Below, piece by piece: positions 1 to 9,904 of a DNA stretch of 64,000 nt. Within the stretch, counting starts at the first letter, position 1; the number at the start of each line of letters is the position of its first letter. The notes beneath the pieces were generated by a model. That model was not told where the DNA came from. It worked only from the letters and a program-made list of their open reading frames with translations, and did no database searches. The translations under genes and the position numbers were made by a program. Origin of the DNA: Candidatus Hydrogenedentota bacterium (lineage in GTDB: Bacteria > Hydrogenedentota > Hydrogenedentia > Hydrogenedentales > JAEUWI01). The stretch is from positions 19,457 through 83,456 of the forward strand of contig JAXMOL010000036.1 of assembly GCA_034669905.1 (NCBI GenBank), given 5' to 3'.

Positions 1-331
1 TCTGCATCAAAATATCCTGCCCGGGAAGGACGTAGGCCTCCAGGGCCGCCAGGTAGGGTGATTCGGGACTCAATGTACGGTTATGGTGCCAAAAGGCATC
101 ATAGGCCTCCCCATACGTCGCCTCGTAGTCCGCCACGGTCATGGCCACGCCCATTTCTCGGGCATCGTGAAATGCACGGTTCAGTTCCGTCTTCTTGCCC
201 AGACGCCAGACCAGCCAGCACCCCAGCAAGAGGGAAAACACCATGACCACGGCCACAGCACGGCGTCGCCGACGTTGCCAGGGAGCCAGCTTTTTCTTCC
301 TCAGATGTCCGCGTCGTTCCCCGTCTGCCAT
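1..331 (-). CDS. Membrane-anchored hypothetical protein, partial (runs off the window start); probable paralog of 1323-2633
   Basis: Not in the ORF track. Manual translation from ATG at 331, with GGAGGG upstream: MADGERRGHLRKKKLAPWQRRRRRAVAVVMVFSLLLGCWLVWRLGKKTELNRAFHDAREMG..., open to position 1. Confidence 0.75.
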   Translation of the reverse strand, partial: MADGERRGHLRKKKLAPWQRRRRRAVAVVMVFSLLLGCWLVWRLGKKTELNRAFHDAREMGVAMTVADYEATYGEAYDAFWHHNRTLSPESPYLAALEAYVLPGQDILMQ

Positions 332-418
332 GTGCCCTCCGTTTCCTGCTTTCCCATTGACCATTGTGCCCCCTGAAACTATGGCAGACCGCACCGAAAT
401 CGATCACCCGGCACCGGA

Positions 419-1213
419 TTATTTCTCGAAGTGAATCTCGGAAAAGAATTCCGGCTGGTGGAAATCGAGGCGCCCCGTAATCTTGGACCAGGAAGCCCAA
501 TGGGGGTGGGAATTATTCTCGGCGCATTTGTAAAAGTTGGCGCGCCAGGTCTGTCCCGCCACATCGCCCAGATCACCAAGGTAGGCTTCGAAAATTTCAA
601 AGGGAATAAAATACTCCACCTGCCACTGGGTGGGCTCGGTAAGCTCGGGATCTACGGACTTGGGCAGGCTGTGATAAATCTTCACCTTCTGTGCCAGTTC
701 CCAGGGTACCGCGCCGGTCTTTCCCAGTGTTTCGCCCTGCCAATCCGCTGCTTCTTTATAGGACAAAAGCATGGTCCCGCCGCCGTTGATTTCAAAATTG
801 AAGTAGCCGCGCTCCGTCCGTGGCTGGACGAAGAACTCGACGCAGGCGTCTTCCCAGACTTTGCCGTGGTATTCCGTCTCAATGACGCGCACATATTGAT
901 CATCCACCCGAAAGTGGATATAGATACCCTTATCCCCATAGAGCACCTTGGCTTCCGTTTTGGGCTTATGGGTGTATTTCTCGGTGCCGTAAAAATGGGA
1001 CACCTTCAAAGGGGATACGCCTTTCCACGCCGCACTCTCCCAGTCGCCTGTGAGTGCGGGCGTCGCTTCCGCACGCTGAATCACATAGCGGGGCGACAGC
1101 GCGGTGGACTTCTCTTTGGCAAAGGCCGACTTCACGGTCATTCCCAAGGCCGCGATGAGTAGGGTTACCGCAACTATCACCATGGTCGTTTTCTCTCTTT
1201 TCATTGACGTCAA
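419..1213 (-). CDS. Secreted carbohydrate-binding family 9-like (DOMON-type) protein
   Basis: Signal peptide; P-x-L-x-G...W...W; WEDACVEFF; YFNFEIN; WRANFYKC; FHQPEFF. Confidence 0.8.
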   Translation of the reverse strand: MTSMKREKTTMVIVAVTLLIAALGMTVKSAFAKEKSTALSPRYVIQRAEATPALTGDWESAAWKGVSPLKVSHFYGTEKYTHKPKTEAKVLYGDKGIYIHFRVDDQYVRVIETEYHGKVWEDACVEFFVQPRTERGYFNFEINGGGTMLLSYKEAADWQGETLGKTGAVPWELAQKVKIYHSLPKSVDPELTEPTQWQVEYFIPFEIFEAYLGDLGDVAGQTWRANFYKCAENNSHPHWASWSKITGRLDFHQPEFFSEIHFEK

Positions 1214-1322
1214 TCTCCCGTATACCGCTCGGTGTGACGGCTTGATCTATTGGTTAATGCGGTCGCTGGCAGACCAGCCACCGCGCATATACTACCCATT
1301 GGCAGAGCACTACTCAACTCCC

Positions 1323-2633
1323 CTATTCCTCCGAGGTTACCGAACCGACGCTCCAGCGACTTTCCAGGGCACCGTTTTTTCCCCGGATCGTCAGTTCACA
1401 GGTAGTCTGTGTCCCTTGGTAGTGCAGCTCGCCTGCGCGGAACACGCCATCCTCCTCGGCCTTTTCGCTCACCCACCCTTCCTCGGGGTAGCTGCCGTGG
1501 GCCATCCGATATGCCTCCACCGCGAAGGCCACCTCAGCCAACACGATCTCGGCCCAGGCCTGGCGCATCACCTCCCAGTCGGCAGGTTGATGGCGCCGCT
1601 GTACGGTGGCGTAGAGTAGGCTATGCTCTCGAATGTCCGCTTGAAGCTCATGGTACGCCTTTTCATAGGGCATTTGCTCCATCCGGCTGAGGCCATAGCC
1701 CGCCCCCATGGGTTCATGGAGTGCAAAGGCCGCTTTCAGGTTCAGGTCCCCCACCCCGGCCGCCAACAGGAGCCCCTGAAACAGCCCCCGATGCTCACCC
1801 TGGCGCATCCGTGCGATGAAGACCGATAGTTCCACGTCGCACGCCCGCTGCCATTGGGCCGTGCGCCGCTCCCGTGTAAAGTACGTCGCGAAATCGGTCA
1901 GGGCTTCGGTGCCGGGAGGTGTCTCGCCCAGTACCCGTTGAACGGCATGGAGCAACGGGGTTTCCAGCGTCCATTGGCGGTAAAGACTGTCCAGCGATTC
2001 ATCGGACCCGAGGGAACGGATGACCGCCAACGCCGTATGGAGCGCGCGCCAAGCCGAAGCCGTGTCCTCGGACTCTGCTTCCAGGACGGCATCACTACAC
2101 AGTAACACCACGAGGGCGCTTAGGGTGCCCACGTGGGGCGTCGGTCCCATACCATCGCTCACCAGGTAGTCTTCGGGATAGCGAATGTATGGTTTTTCGG
2201 CCCCAGCATGCAGGTGTTCTAAGACGTCGAGGTTGGCCGCGACGAGCGCGGCCATGGCGTCCAACTGGTCATCGGCGAAGCTGTCTGCCAGAGGACGTTG
2301 TTGGCCGGGTAGAAAGGGCAACTGCGCCATTTGCTGTTGGGAAAAGAGCTGAAACCCGTTTACTGCTGCCAGGATGTCCCCTGCGCCATTTTCCTCCCCA
2401 GAGAGTGCGTCCGCCCCGCCATGGAGTTCCTCACTATTCAGCGGACGCCCCTGATCACGATGGGTCGCCACCAGCTGATTGACCTCCCGCGCCAGGCGAA
2501 GGCGCCAGATCAGGGCCGGTGACAGCAAGACGACCAGCACCAGAAACATTATGAACACACGTTTACGTTTGCGCGCCCAGGGGGGCGAAACGCCGGGCTT
2601 CCTTGAACTCCGCTTTGATATCGCCTGGCTCAT
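1323..2633 (-). CDS. Membrane-anchored hypothetical protein
   Basis: Basic N-terminus, one TM helix, large helical domain, AVEAYRMAHGSYP motif near the C-terminus; 4-bp overlap with the upstream gene. Confidence 0.75.
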   Translation of the reverse strand: MSQAISKRSSRKPGVSPPWARKRKRVFIMFLVLVVLLSPALIWRLRLAREVNQLVATHRDQGRPLNSEELHGGADALSGEENGAGDILAAVNGFQLFSQQQMAQLPFLPGQQRPLADSFADDQLDAMAALVAANLDVLEHLHAGAEKPYIRYPEDYLVSDGMGPTPHVGTLSALVVLLCSDAVLEAESEDTASAWRALHTALAVIRSLGSDESLDSLYRQWTLETPLLHAVQRVLGETPPGTEALTDFATYFTRERRTAQWQRACDVELSVFIARMRQGEHRGLFQGLLLAAGVGDLNLKAAFALHEPMGAGYGLSRMEQMPYEKAYHELQADIREHSLLYATVQRRHQPADWEVMRQAWAEIVLAEVAFAVEAYRMAHGSYPEEGWVSEKAEEDGVFRAGELHYQGTQTTCELTIRGKNGALESRWSVGSVTSEE

Positions 2634-3640
2634 ACGACCTGATACTGAAGTACGGGATTAACCGCGTGTTCGATCGCCTCATGATTCACCACTTCGAGGA
2701 GACCCCGCTCGTAGAGGTATTCCACGTGGGCACCGGCCTCCAGAATGGCGAGTAGCACATGATAGGACTCCCGAACGCCGAAGAGCTCGAGGGAAATTTC
2801 GGCCAGGGTCTTCGGCTCCTGACAAATCAGACGGGTCTTTTCCAGACGGGCCTCATGGAAGGCCAGGGTCTCGTCGATGCGTTTCGCCACATCGGGGATA
2901 TCGCCCATGTGTCCACCGAGGCCGAGCCGTACCCCTTCGACGGCGCGCACCTGTTTCAGTGCGGAGAAATAGTGTCCCAGCCCCATATTCCGGGTAATAA
3001 ACTCGGGAGACTGATGGGGCGTGATCTTGTCGAGGACATGGTCTGCCGTAAAGAGGATGTCGTCGAGCTTCAGACAGACCTGCCCCGGGCAATGTCCGGG
3101 CGCGTGGAAGACTTCGAAAGGACTGTCATCGAGGGGGCCTTCGCGTAACACGGTGTCTACCTGTACCGAGCGAAAAATCCCTTTGGACCACCGGTTCATC
3201 TCCAGCATGGCCTCGACACGCTCCTCGCTCAGTCCGGAGCGTTGTAGAAAGACCTGAAGATCTTTGGCCACTACAATGCGCCGCTCTTCAAAATTCTGAA
3301 TGGACGACACGTCCAACGCATGGATGGCCACCGTCGCACCCGACTTTTCAACAACGTGGTTGGCCCCCCCGAAGTGGTCAATATGGCCATGGGTGAGAAT
3401 AAGCCGGCCCACATCCTCCAGCCCCACGGAAAGACCGAATTCCGAACGGAGGTTTTCGAAGCACCGATCGAGGGAGTCGGTCGCGCCATCCACTGCGGAG
3501 GAACAATCGATAAGGGTCAGGGCCTCATCCATCACCAGATAGCAATTGGTGATGTGGTTGGTAAAGGCCCAGACAGGCAATTTGTAAATGTCGGTACCGC
3601 CGCTCGAGGTATAGCGCGCGACGACTTCTTGACCATTCAT
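2630..3640 (-). CDS. MBL-fold metallo-hydrolase
   Basis: THGHIDHFGG (HxHxDH), PGHCPG, ADH and GGH motifs; start trimmed to MNGQEV. Confidence 0.9.
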   Translation of the reverse strand: MNGQEVVARYTSSGGTDIYKLPVWAFTNHITNCYLVMDEALTLIDCSSAVDGATDSLDRCFENLRSEFGLSVGLEDVGRLILTHGHIDHFGGANHVVEKSGATVAIHALDVSSIQNFEERRIVVAKDLQVFLQRSGLSEERVEAMLEMNRWSKGIFRSVQVDTVLREGPLDDSPFEVFHAPGHCPGQVCLKLDDILFTADHVLDKITPHQSPEFITRNMGLGHYFSALKQVRAVEGVRLGLGGHMGDIPDVAKRIDETLAFHEARLEKTRLICQEPKTLAEISLELFGVRESYHVLLAILEAGAHVEYLYERGLLEVVNHEAIEHAVNPVLQYQVV

Positions 3641-3761
3641 GGCGTGATTGCTTTCATTGTGGCGTGTCGACGGGCGACCGCGTCTCCATTCAACCGGGCC
3701 TGGTTGCGGGCAAGTGCTGCGTGCCGGGCGCACAGACAGAGCTTCACGCGGTCACCGCTCG

Positions 3762-6440
3762 TTAAAACAACTCGTGGCGCGTGAGCAATCGGGTCACCAA
3801 CGCGGTCCACCCGGTCTGGTGGCTGGCCCCCAGGCCCTTGCCAGAGTCCCCATGGAAATACTCATAGAATAGCACGAGCTCTTTCCAGTGGGGGTCTTCC
3901 GCATAGTAGGGATTCTCACCATGAGCGGGCCGCTTTCCGGTTTCATCGGGTTTGAAGAGTCGTACCAGACGTTGGGCGATTTCGCGGGCGACCTCCTGCA
4001 GGTTCATCATGTTGCCCGAGCCCGTGGGGCACTCCACCTTAAGGTCATCGCCGTAAAAATAGTGGTACCGTTCGAGGGCCTCGATGAGCAGGTAGTTCAA
4101 GGGAAACCACACGGGGCCGCGCCAGTTCGAGTTGCCGCCAAACATGCCCGATTCGGACTCGCCCGGCACGTACGAAACGCTCCACGTATCTTCCGACTGA
4201 TCGTCTTTGTAGGTGAAGGGTTCCTTCGCATGGGCACGGGAAAGGGAACGTATCCCATAGGGGGATAGAAACTCTTCTTCGTCCAACATGTATTTCAGCA
4301 CCCGCTCGAGACGCTCCCGCGTTGGAATGGCGAGCAACTCCCACGTCGACCCGTCGGGCTGTTCCTTCCGCGCCAGATAGGTCGTCGTCCGTGAGAGGTC
4401 TTTCCGGTGCTTCTTGAACCAGTCCAGCCGCTTTCGGAAGCCCGGCAGACGGTCGATAACATCGCTCTTCAGCACTTCAACGGCCAGGAGAGGTACGAGC
4501 CCGACGAGGGAACGTACCCGGATCGGCGTGGCCTCGCCATGGGCAAAGACCTGGTCGTAATAGAACCCGTCTTCTTCGTGCCAGAGACCATTTTCACCGA
4601 GGTGATTCATGGCATCGACGATATGCACAAAGTGCTCGAAAAACTTGGAGGCAATATCTTCGTAGGCCGGATTCTTCCAGGCGAGCTCCAGCGAAATGGC
4701 GAGCATGGTAGTGCAATAAAAGGCCATCCAGGCGGTGCCATCGGCCTGCTCCAACTCACCGCCCATGGGCACGGGCTTGGAGCGGTCAAAGACCCCGATA
4801 TTATCGAGGCCCAGGAAGCCGCCCGTAAACAGGTTGTTCCCATGGGGGTCTTTTCGGTTGACCCACCAGGTAAAATTCATCAGGAGCTTATGAAAAACCC
4901 GTTCCAGGAAAGCCCTGTCCCGATTGCCACGGGTTCCGGTCATCTTGAAGACCCGCCAGCAGGCCCAGGCATGAACCGGCGGATTTACGTCGCTGAAGTT
5001 AAATTCATAGGCGGCCATCTGCCCGTTGGGATGGAGATACCACTCTCGCAGCAGGACCTCCAACTGCTCTTTGGAAAACTCCGCATCCAACTCCGCACAG
5101 GGTAACATGTGGAAGGCCAAATCCCACGCGGCAAACCACGGGTATTCCCAGGTGTCGGGCATGGAAAGCACATCGCGGGCATAGAGGTGGCGCCATTCGC
5201 TGTTGCGACCGTGCTTTCGGGACTCTGGCGGTCGCACGAAATTGGGGTCGCCGGCAATCCACTTGGTCAGGACGTAGTGGTAAAACTGCTTGCTCCACAT
5301 GAGTCCAGCCCAGGCCTGACGCAACAAGCGCTCACATTCCGCATTGGCCTGGCTGGGCATAAGGGCGGCGTAGAAGGCATCACACTCTGCCTTACGGGCC
5401 CGCAGAATTTCTTCAAAGGATTCGCCAAAGACCTCGGCCGGGGCCTGTGCCTTATCCGTCAGGCGCAACTGGATCACCCACTCCTCGCCCGCGGCCAGTT
5501 CCCGTGTAAAGTGGGCGGCCGCTTTGGTGCCCTCTTCTTCGGGGTTCACGGCCTCCGCGTCGCCACGAATCACGAAATCGTGAAAGGCGTCTTTCCGATA
5601 GGGCGTTACGTTGGGCACCCCAAACAGACGGGCACGATTGGAGTCATTGTCGGTAAAGAGCAGCGGTGCAACACCGGTTTTGTCATCGGGCGCCACATTG
5701 AAAACGAACTGTCCCAACGTATCGTGCTCGGTCGCAATACAGCCCGGCCCGACCTTGGCGAGATGGGGTTTGTTCTGCCCACTCTCGTGATGCCCTCCCC
5801 AACGCCAGATATTCCGGAACCACAGGGTGGGCAACACATGCAGGCTCGCGGCGACGGCGGCCCGGTTGTGCACCGTGATGCGGATAAGGATATCGTTGTC
5901 ATCCCCTTTGGCATATTCCACAAACACGTCGAAGTACCGGTTATCTTCGAAAGCACCCGTTTCTTCGAGCTCGTATTCGGGTTCCAGACGGCTACGGCGC
6001 GCATTCTCCTGCACGAGGTCGGCGTAGGGAAATTCACACTGGGGATACTTGTAGAGGGCCTTCATGTAAGAATGGGTCGGTGTGGACTCCAGGAAATAGT
6101 AGCACTCCTTCACGTCTTCGCCATGATTGCCTTCGCCGTTGGTCAGGCCGAAGAGCCGCTCCTTGAGGATACGGTCTTTCCCATTCCAGAGGGCGAGCCC
6201 AAAACACAGGCGGCACTGGCGGTCGGTGATTCCCAACAAGCCATCTTCGCCCCACCGGTAAGCGCGGCTGGGCGCATGGTCATGAATAAAGTGATTCCAG
6301 ACGTCGCCCTGGGAGGAGTAATCTTCTCGTACAGTTCCCCACTGTCGGTCGGCCAGATAGGGTCCCCATCGTTTCCAGTTTTTGACCCGTTCTGCGTCTT
6401 CCTGCAAGCGGGTACGCTCTGCTCCTGATTCCGTAGACAT
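3762..6440 (-). CDS. GH63 / mannosylglycerate hydrolase-like glucosidase
   Basis: WGPYL..RQWGTVREDYS, MPD.WEYPWFAAWDLAFH, NSNWRGPVW, GASHQTGWT. Confidence 0.9.
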   Translation of the reverse strand: MSTESGAERTRLQEDAERVKNWKRWGPYLADRQWGTVREDYSSQGDVWNHFIHDHAPSRAYRWGEDGLLGITDRQCRLCFGLALWNGKDRILKERLFGLTNGEGNHGEDVKECYYFLESTPTHSYMKALYKYPQCEFPYADLVQENARRSRLEPEYELEETGAFEDNRYFDVFVEYAKGDDNDILIRITVHNRAAVAASLHVLPTLWFRNIWRWGGHHESGQNKPHLAKVGPGCIATEHDTLGQFVFNVAPDDKTGVAPLLFTDNDSNRARLFGVPNVTPYRKDAFHDFVIRGDAEAVNPEEEGTKAAAHFTRELAAGEEWVIQLRLTDKAQAPAEVFGESFEEILRARKAECDAFYAALMPSQANAECERLLRQAWAGLMWSKQFYHYVLTKWIAGDPNFVRPPESRKHGRNSEWRHLYARDVLSMPDTWEYPWFAAWDLAFHMLPCAELDAEFSKEQLEVLLREWYLHPNGQMAAYEFNFSDVNPPVHAWACWRVFKMTGTRGNRDRAFLERVFHKLLMNFTWWVNRKDPHGNNLFTGGFLGLDNIGVFDRSKPVPMGGELEQADGTAWMAFYCTTMLAISLELAWKNPAYEDIASKFFEHFVHIVDAMNHLGENGLWHEEDGFYYDQVFAHGEATPIRVRSLVGLVPLLAVEVLKSDVIDRLPGFRKRLDWFKKHRKDLSRTTTYLARKEQPDGSTWELLAIPTRERLERVLKYMLDEEEFLSPYGIRSLSRAHAKEPFTYKDDQSEDTWSVSYVPGESESGMFGGNSNWRGPVWFPLNYLLIEALERYHYFYGDDLKVECPTGSGNMMNLQEVAREIAQRLVRLFKPDETGKRPAHGENPYYAEDPHWKELVLFYEYFHGDSGKGLGASHQTGWTALVTRLLTRHELF

Positions 6441-6591
6441 GGTATGGTAACGCTTTCTCTAATCATGCATTCGGACTGCCGATCCCTCGTGGACGGCCAC
6501 TACGTGACGCGAATGCCCGGAACAAACTTGGTATTCCCGATTGGGGCTGGCAGTCCAGAAGGCGCCAGCGGGTTAACCGGAAAGGAGTTCG

Positions 6592-6996
6592 ATGAAATTA
6601 ACAAAGATCGTTGAAACTTGTTTATATGTCTCCGACCTGGATACAGCGTGCGCCTTCTATGAAGACTTACTCGGGATTTCTCCCTTGTCCCGGGTGGAAG
6701 ACCGGCACGTGTTTTTCCGACTCGAATCGGCCATGCTGCTCTTGTTCAATCCTGTGGCGACCCGCCTGCCCGACGGGGAGCTGCCACCCCATGGGGCCCA
6801 GGGCCCGGGACATGTGGCCTTTCAGGTGCCTGCCCGAGCACTACCTGCATGGCGGCAACGCCTTGCTGAGCTCGGTATTCCGATTGAGTCCGACTGGACC
6901 TGGCCCAGTGGTGCCCAATCGTTGTATTTCCGTGACCCCGACGATAACTCTATTGAGATAACCGTTGGCGCGACGTGGATGCTGCCCGACGCCTAG
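6592..6996 (+). CDS. VOC/glyoxalase family protein
   Basis: ETCLYV.DL, GHVAF, SLYFRDPD.N.IE; GGAG RBS. Confidence 0.9.
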   Translation: MKLTKIVETCLYVSDLDTACAFYEDLLGISPLSRVEDRHVFFRLESAMLLLFNPVATRLPDGELPPHGAQGPGHVAFQVPARALPAWRQRLAELGIPIESDWTWPSGAQSLYFRDPDDNSIEITVGATWMLPDA

Positions 6997-7811
6997 ACGA
7001 CCACCATGCTGTCGCCCTGTTCCGGGTCGCTTTCTTCTCCCAGGGCTTCCCTGAAGACGCCCAGATCCTGTCGGAGGGCATCCCGCACCAGGAAATAGTC
7101 GGTGCTGTGCACGATGAAATTCGCGCCGGCTTTCGCCCAGCTCACCGCATCCTGAATGCCAAAGGAATAGTGAAAGCCCACGCCAACCCCGGCAGCCCGC
7201 CCCTTGTCGATGATGGTCGTCATTGCCTTGGTAAAGGTCGGGTGTTGATATTGCTCGGGAATTCCCAAGCTGATGGACAGGTCATGGGGCCCTACCAGCA
7301 AGGCGTCAATGTCCGGTACGGACAGGATTTCATCCAAGCGCTCGATGGCCGGCGTACTTTCCACGTTGACTATCATGAGTTTATCGGAGGCGTAGTTGCC
7401 AAGGTATTCCGCCAGCGCGCTGTCCAACACTTCCTCGCCGGACAGCACCTGCTGAAGACGCTGGCCTTTCAGGGGGCGGTATTTTACGGCACCGCGAAGC
7501 TGCTGGATATCACTGATTTCCTCCAGGTAGGGGGCCACCACGCCCGAGGCGCCGCCGTCGAGTACCTTACAGGCCTCATAGGGGTCCGGCAGGGGAATTC
7601 GGACGATTGGAGCGACGTTTTTGGCGGCAAAGGCCTGACACATCCAGGCGACTTCAGCACGTTCGAGGGGAATGTGTTCCGTATCGATGAAGGCGAAATC
7701 CAAGCCGGTGCTGGCAATCATGGCAGGCCACAGGGGCGACGGCGAAACCACGCAGGTTCCATAGACCCGTTTGCCCGCCCGCATGGCCGATTTGAGTTCG
7801 AGGCCGTTCAC
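6993..7811 (-). CDS. HpcH/HpaI family class II aldolase
   Basis: DFAFIDTEH, VLDGGA.GV..P, VES, GPHDLS.SLG. Confidence 0.9.
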   Translation of the reverse strand: MNGLELKSAMRAGKRVYGTCVVSPSPLWPAMIASTGLDFAFIDTEHIPLERAEVAWMCQAFAAKNVAPIVRIPLPDPYEACKVLDGGASGVVAPYLEEISDIQQLRGAVKYRPLKGQRLQQVLSGEEVLDSALAEYLGNYASDKLMIVNVESTPAIERLDEILSVPDIDALLVGPHDLSISLGIPEQYQHPTFTKAMTTIIDKGRAAGVGVGFHYSFGIQDAVSWAKAGANFIVHSTDYFLVRDALRQDLGVFREALGEESDPEQGDSMVVV

Positions 7812-7994
7812 GACACGCTCGCTTTCTGAATAGTACCACCGTGTAGGGTAACCATGGACTCTCGGACGTTTTCCGGAGTCCCCACAGGCCCTATCCTACC
7901 TGACGGTGGCTGAGAAAGTCGAATTTTGAGGTATCTGAACGGCGTGGTCCCCCGGGCTGCCTCGGGTGGCATTGACCCTCGTATTCCCCTGGAA

Positions 7995-8447
7995 TCAAGG
8001 ACGCCAATCGGCTAAATCGCAGACGTTCTGATAGAAATCGTCCCGCGATTGGCCCACCAGCATGGCGCCGAAGTGCTCACAGAGGTCGCTGTCCGCGGCA
8101 TCGGCGTAATTGATGACCGCCGCCATGTAGGCCACCAGGTGTGGGAGCGCGGTCGGGTGGAACTGATAACGTGGGTGCACATGGAGCACACACAACATGG
8201 CGCTACCATCCCCCTGAAAAACGGGCTGGGCGAAGAGGTCGCCTTCCAGGGCTTCCTCCGTAAACTTCACCGATGTCGGATAGCGAAGACAGGCGCCATC
8301 ATTCAACAGGGTGGCCAGATTTCGGCCATCAAGGGGACCGCCGAGACGCTCCAGGATGCGCTCGGCGGTCGTGTCGGCATGTGCCCAGAGGAGTTGCCGC
8401 AGCTCCTCCTCATCGGGCAGTGCCTCATTCTCTGGGGTGGTATTCAC
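7995..8447 (-). CDS. Hypothetical protein, last gene of the multiheme operon
   Basis: 150-aa ORF starting 11 bp downstream of the octaheme gene; no signal peptide. Confidence 0.7.
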   Translation of the reverse strand: MNTTPENEALPDEEELRQLLWAHADTTAERILERLGGPLDGRNLATLLNDGACLRYPTSVKFTEEALEGDLFAQPVFQGDGSAMLCVLHVHPRYQFHPTALPHLVAYMAAVINYADAADSDLCEHFGAMLVGQSRDDFYQNVCDLADWRP

Positions 8448-8458
8448 GAAGTCAGGTC

Positions 8459-9904
8459 CTATTCGTAACGTTGCTTAAATTCTTCCATTCGCTGTTGGCG
8501 CTTGGCCTTTTCTTCTGGGTCCATGTCGCCATTGAACCAGCGGTGGTTATTGCTGCTGAGGACTTCTTCGATCTTCGCTTCCAGCACGTCGGCCGCATTG
8601 ATTTTTTCCGGATCCTCGGAAGCCCGGCCTTTTTCAATCAGCTCTTCCAATTCGGGAATGAGCTTGGAGTAAAAGTGCTTGGCCACTTCATAGGTACCGT
8701 GCCAGTGGGTAATGTCCGGTCCCATCATGGAAGCGCCGTGGCGGGCACGGCGACCTTCGTGGTGCCAGAGCTCAAACCAGGTCCAATCGATCTTGTTACC
8801 GAAAGCCACCTGCTTCATGAGCGGCTTGGCGGCCGCCATCAGTTCCAGTCCCGGCTTGGCAAATTTGTCTTCATAGAGCTTAATCAACCCATCATACTGG
8901 GTGTAGAAGGCATCCACATAATTCTGATTGTGGCAATTGGTGCAGACATTCTGCATATTGGCACGGCGCACTTCCCAACTGACGTCTTTTCCGGGCAGCC
9001 CCATCTTGGCATCCGACACTTCGGGGCGAATCGATACGGGCGGCCGGTTGTTCCAACTGATCCGCATACCCACATCGTGGGTCACGGGTTGGTCCTTGGT
9101 GGCGCTCATGTGGCAGGTGGCACAGGTGGGTGCGGCGCTATAGTCTTCGCCCACGATCCACTTGGGACTGTCCATGTTCATTTTGTCTATATTGGCGCGG
9201 AAGGCCACGCCGTGTTTGGATTCGTTGTAAATCTCAATCTGGGGATGGTCGGGGCCCATGTGGCACTTACCACAGTTTTCCGGATTCCGCACCTGCTCCA
9301 CCGAAAACGCGTGGCGCGAGTGACAGGCCGAGCAAGAACCCTCCGAGCCATCGGGGTTTATACGGCCGATACCCGTGTTGGGCCAGGTGGCCGGGTCAAG
9401 ACGCCCATCGTCCATGACCTTCACTTCGGAGCCGTGGCACTGCCAACAACCATTTACCGCCGCCGCCGAGATTCCCATGGGGAACATGGGCGTCACAAAA
9501 TCGTTGTTGCCCTCCACGACTTCCGCCAGCACGTTGTCGAGGGACCCGAGGATGCGACCGGCCTTGGCGTGGTGGGAAGCGACGAACTGCTCTACTTCTT
9601 TTTCATGACAGCGGGCACAGTCTTTGGGACTTACGATGGTGGCGATCACTTCACCGTAGTGGTCGAAGGCATCGATGTCCTCTTTCTCGGCCTTGTGGCA
9701 CTCGAAGCAGCCGATATTTCCCCGGAAGTGTTTGCTATCTCCCCATTGCTCGTAGATAACCGGGCTCTGCATTTTGTGACACTCAATACAGGCCGCCGAT
9801 TCTCCCGAAATCTCGGTCAACATATAACCTGCCGATGCGGGTACGACAAGTAAGACCAGGGCGCTCCCGAGCAGCGCGCCTCGTATTCCGTATCGATGTT
9901 TCAT
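8459..9904 (-). CDS. Octaheme cytochrome c, hydroxylamine oxidoreductase (HAO)-like family
   Basis: Signal peptide; eight CxxCH (CIECH, CFECH, CARCH, CWQCH, CSACH, CGKCH, CATCH, CTNCH); CHMGPDHPQ.EIY.ESKHG; HEGRRARHGASMMGPD. Confidence 0.92.
   Translation of the reverse strand: MKHRYGIRGALLGSALVLLVVPASAGYMLTEISGESAACIECHKMQSPVIYEQWGDSKHFRGNIGCFECHKAEKEDIDAFDHYGEVIATIVSPKDCARCHEKEVEQFVASHHAKAGRILGSLDNVLAEVVEGNNDFVTPMFPMGISAAAVNGCWQCHGSEVKVMDDGRLDPATWPNTGIGRINPDGSEGSCSACHSRHAFSVEQVRNPENCGKCHMGPDHPQIEIYNESKHGVAFRANIDKMNMDSPKWIVGEDYSAAPTCATCHMSATKDQPVTHDVGMRISWNNRPPVSIRPEVSDAKMGLPGKDVSWEVRRANMQNVCTNCHNQNYVDAFYTQYDGLIKLYEDKFAKPGLELMAAAKPLMKQVAFGNKIDWTWFELWHHEGRRARHGASMMGPDITHWHGTYEVAKHFYSKLIPELEELIEKGRASEDPEKINAADVLEAKIEEVLSSNNHRWFNGDMDPEEKAKRQQRMEEFKQRYE

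Noticed and set aside
8459..9904. Marker of nitrification or anammox
   Set aside because: No amo, cycAB or hzs context in the window, cross-link Tyr apparently absent, and partners are NrfCD-like
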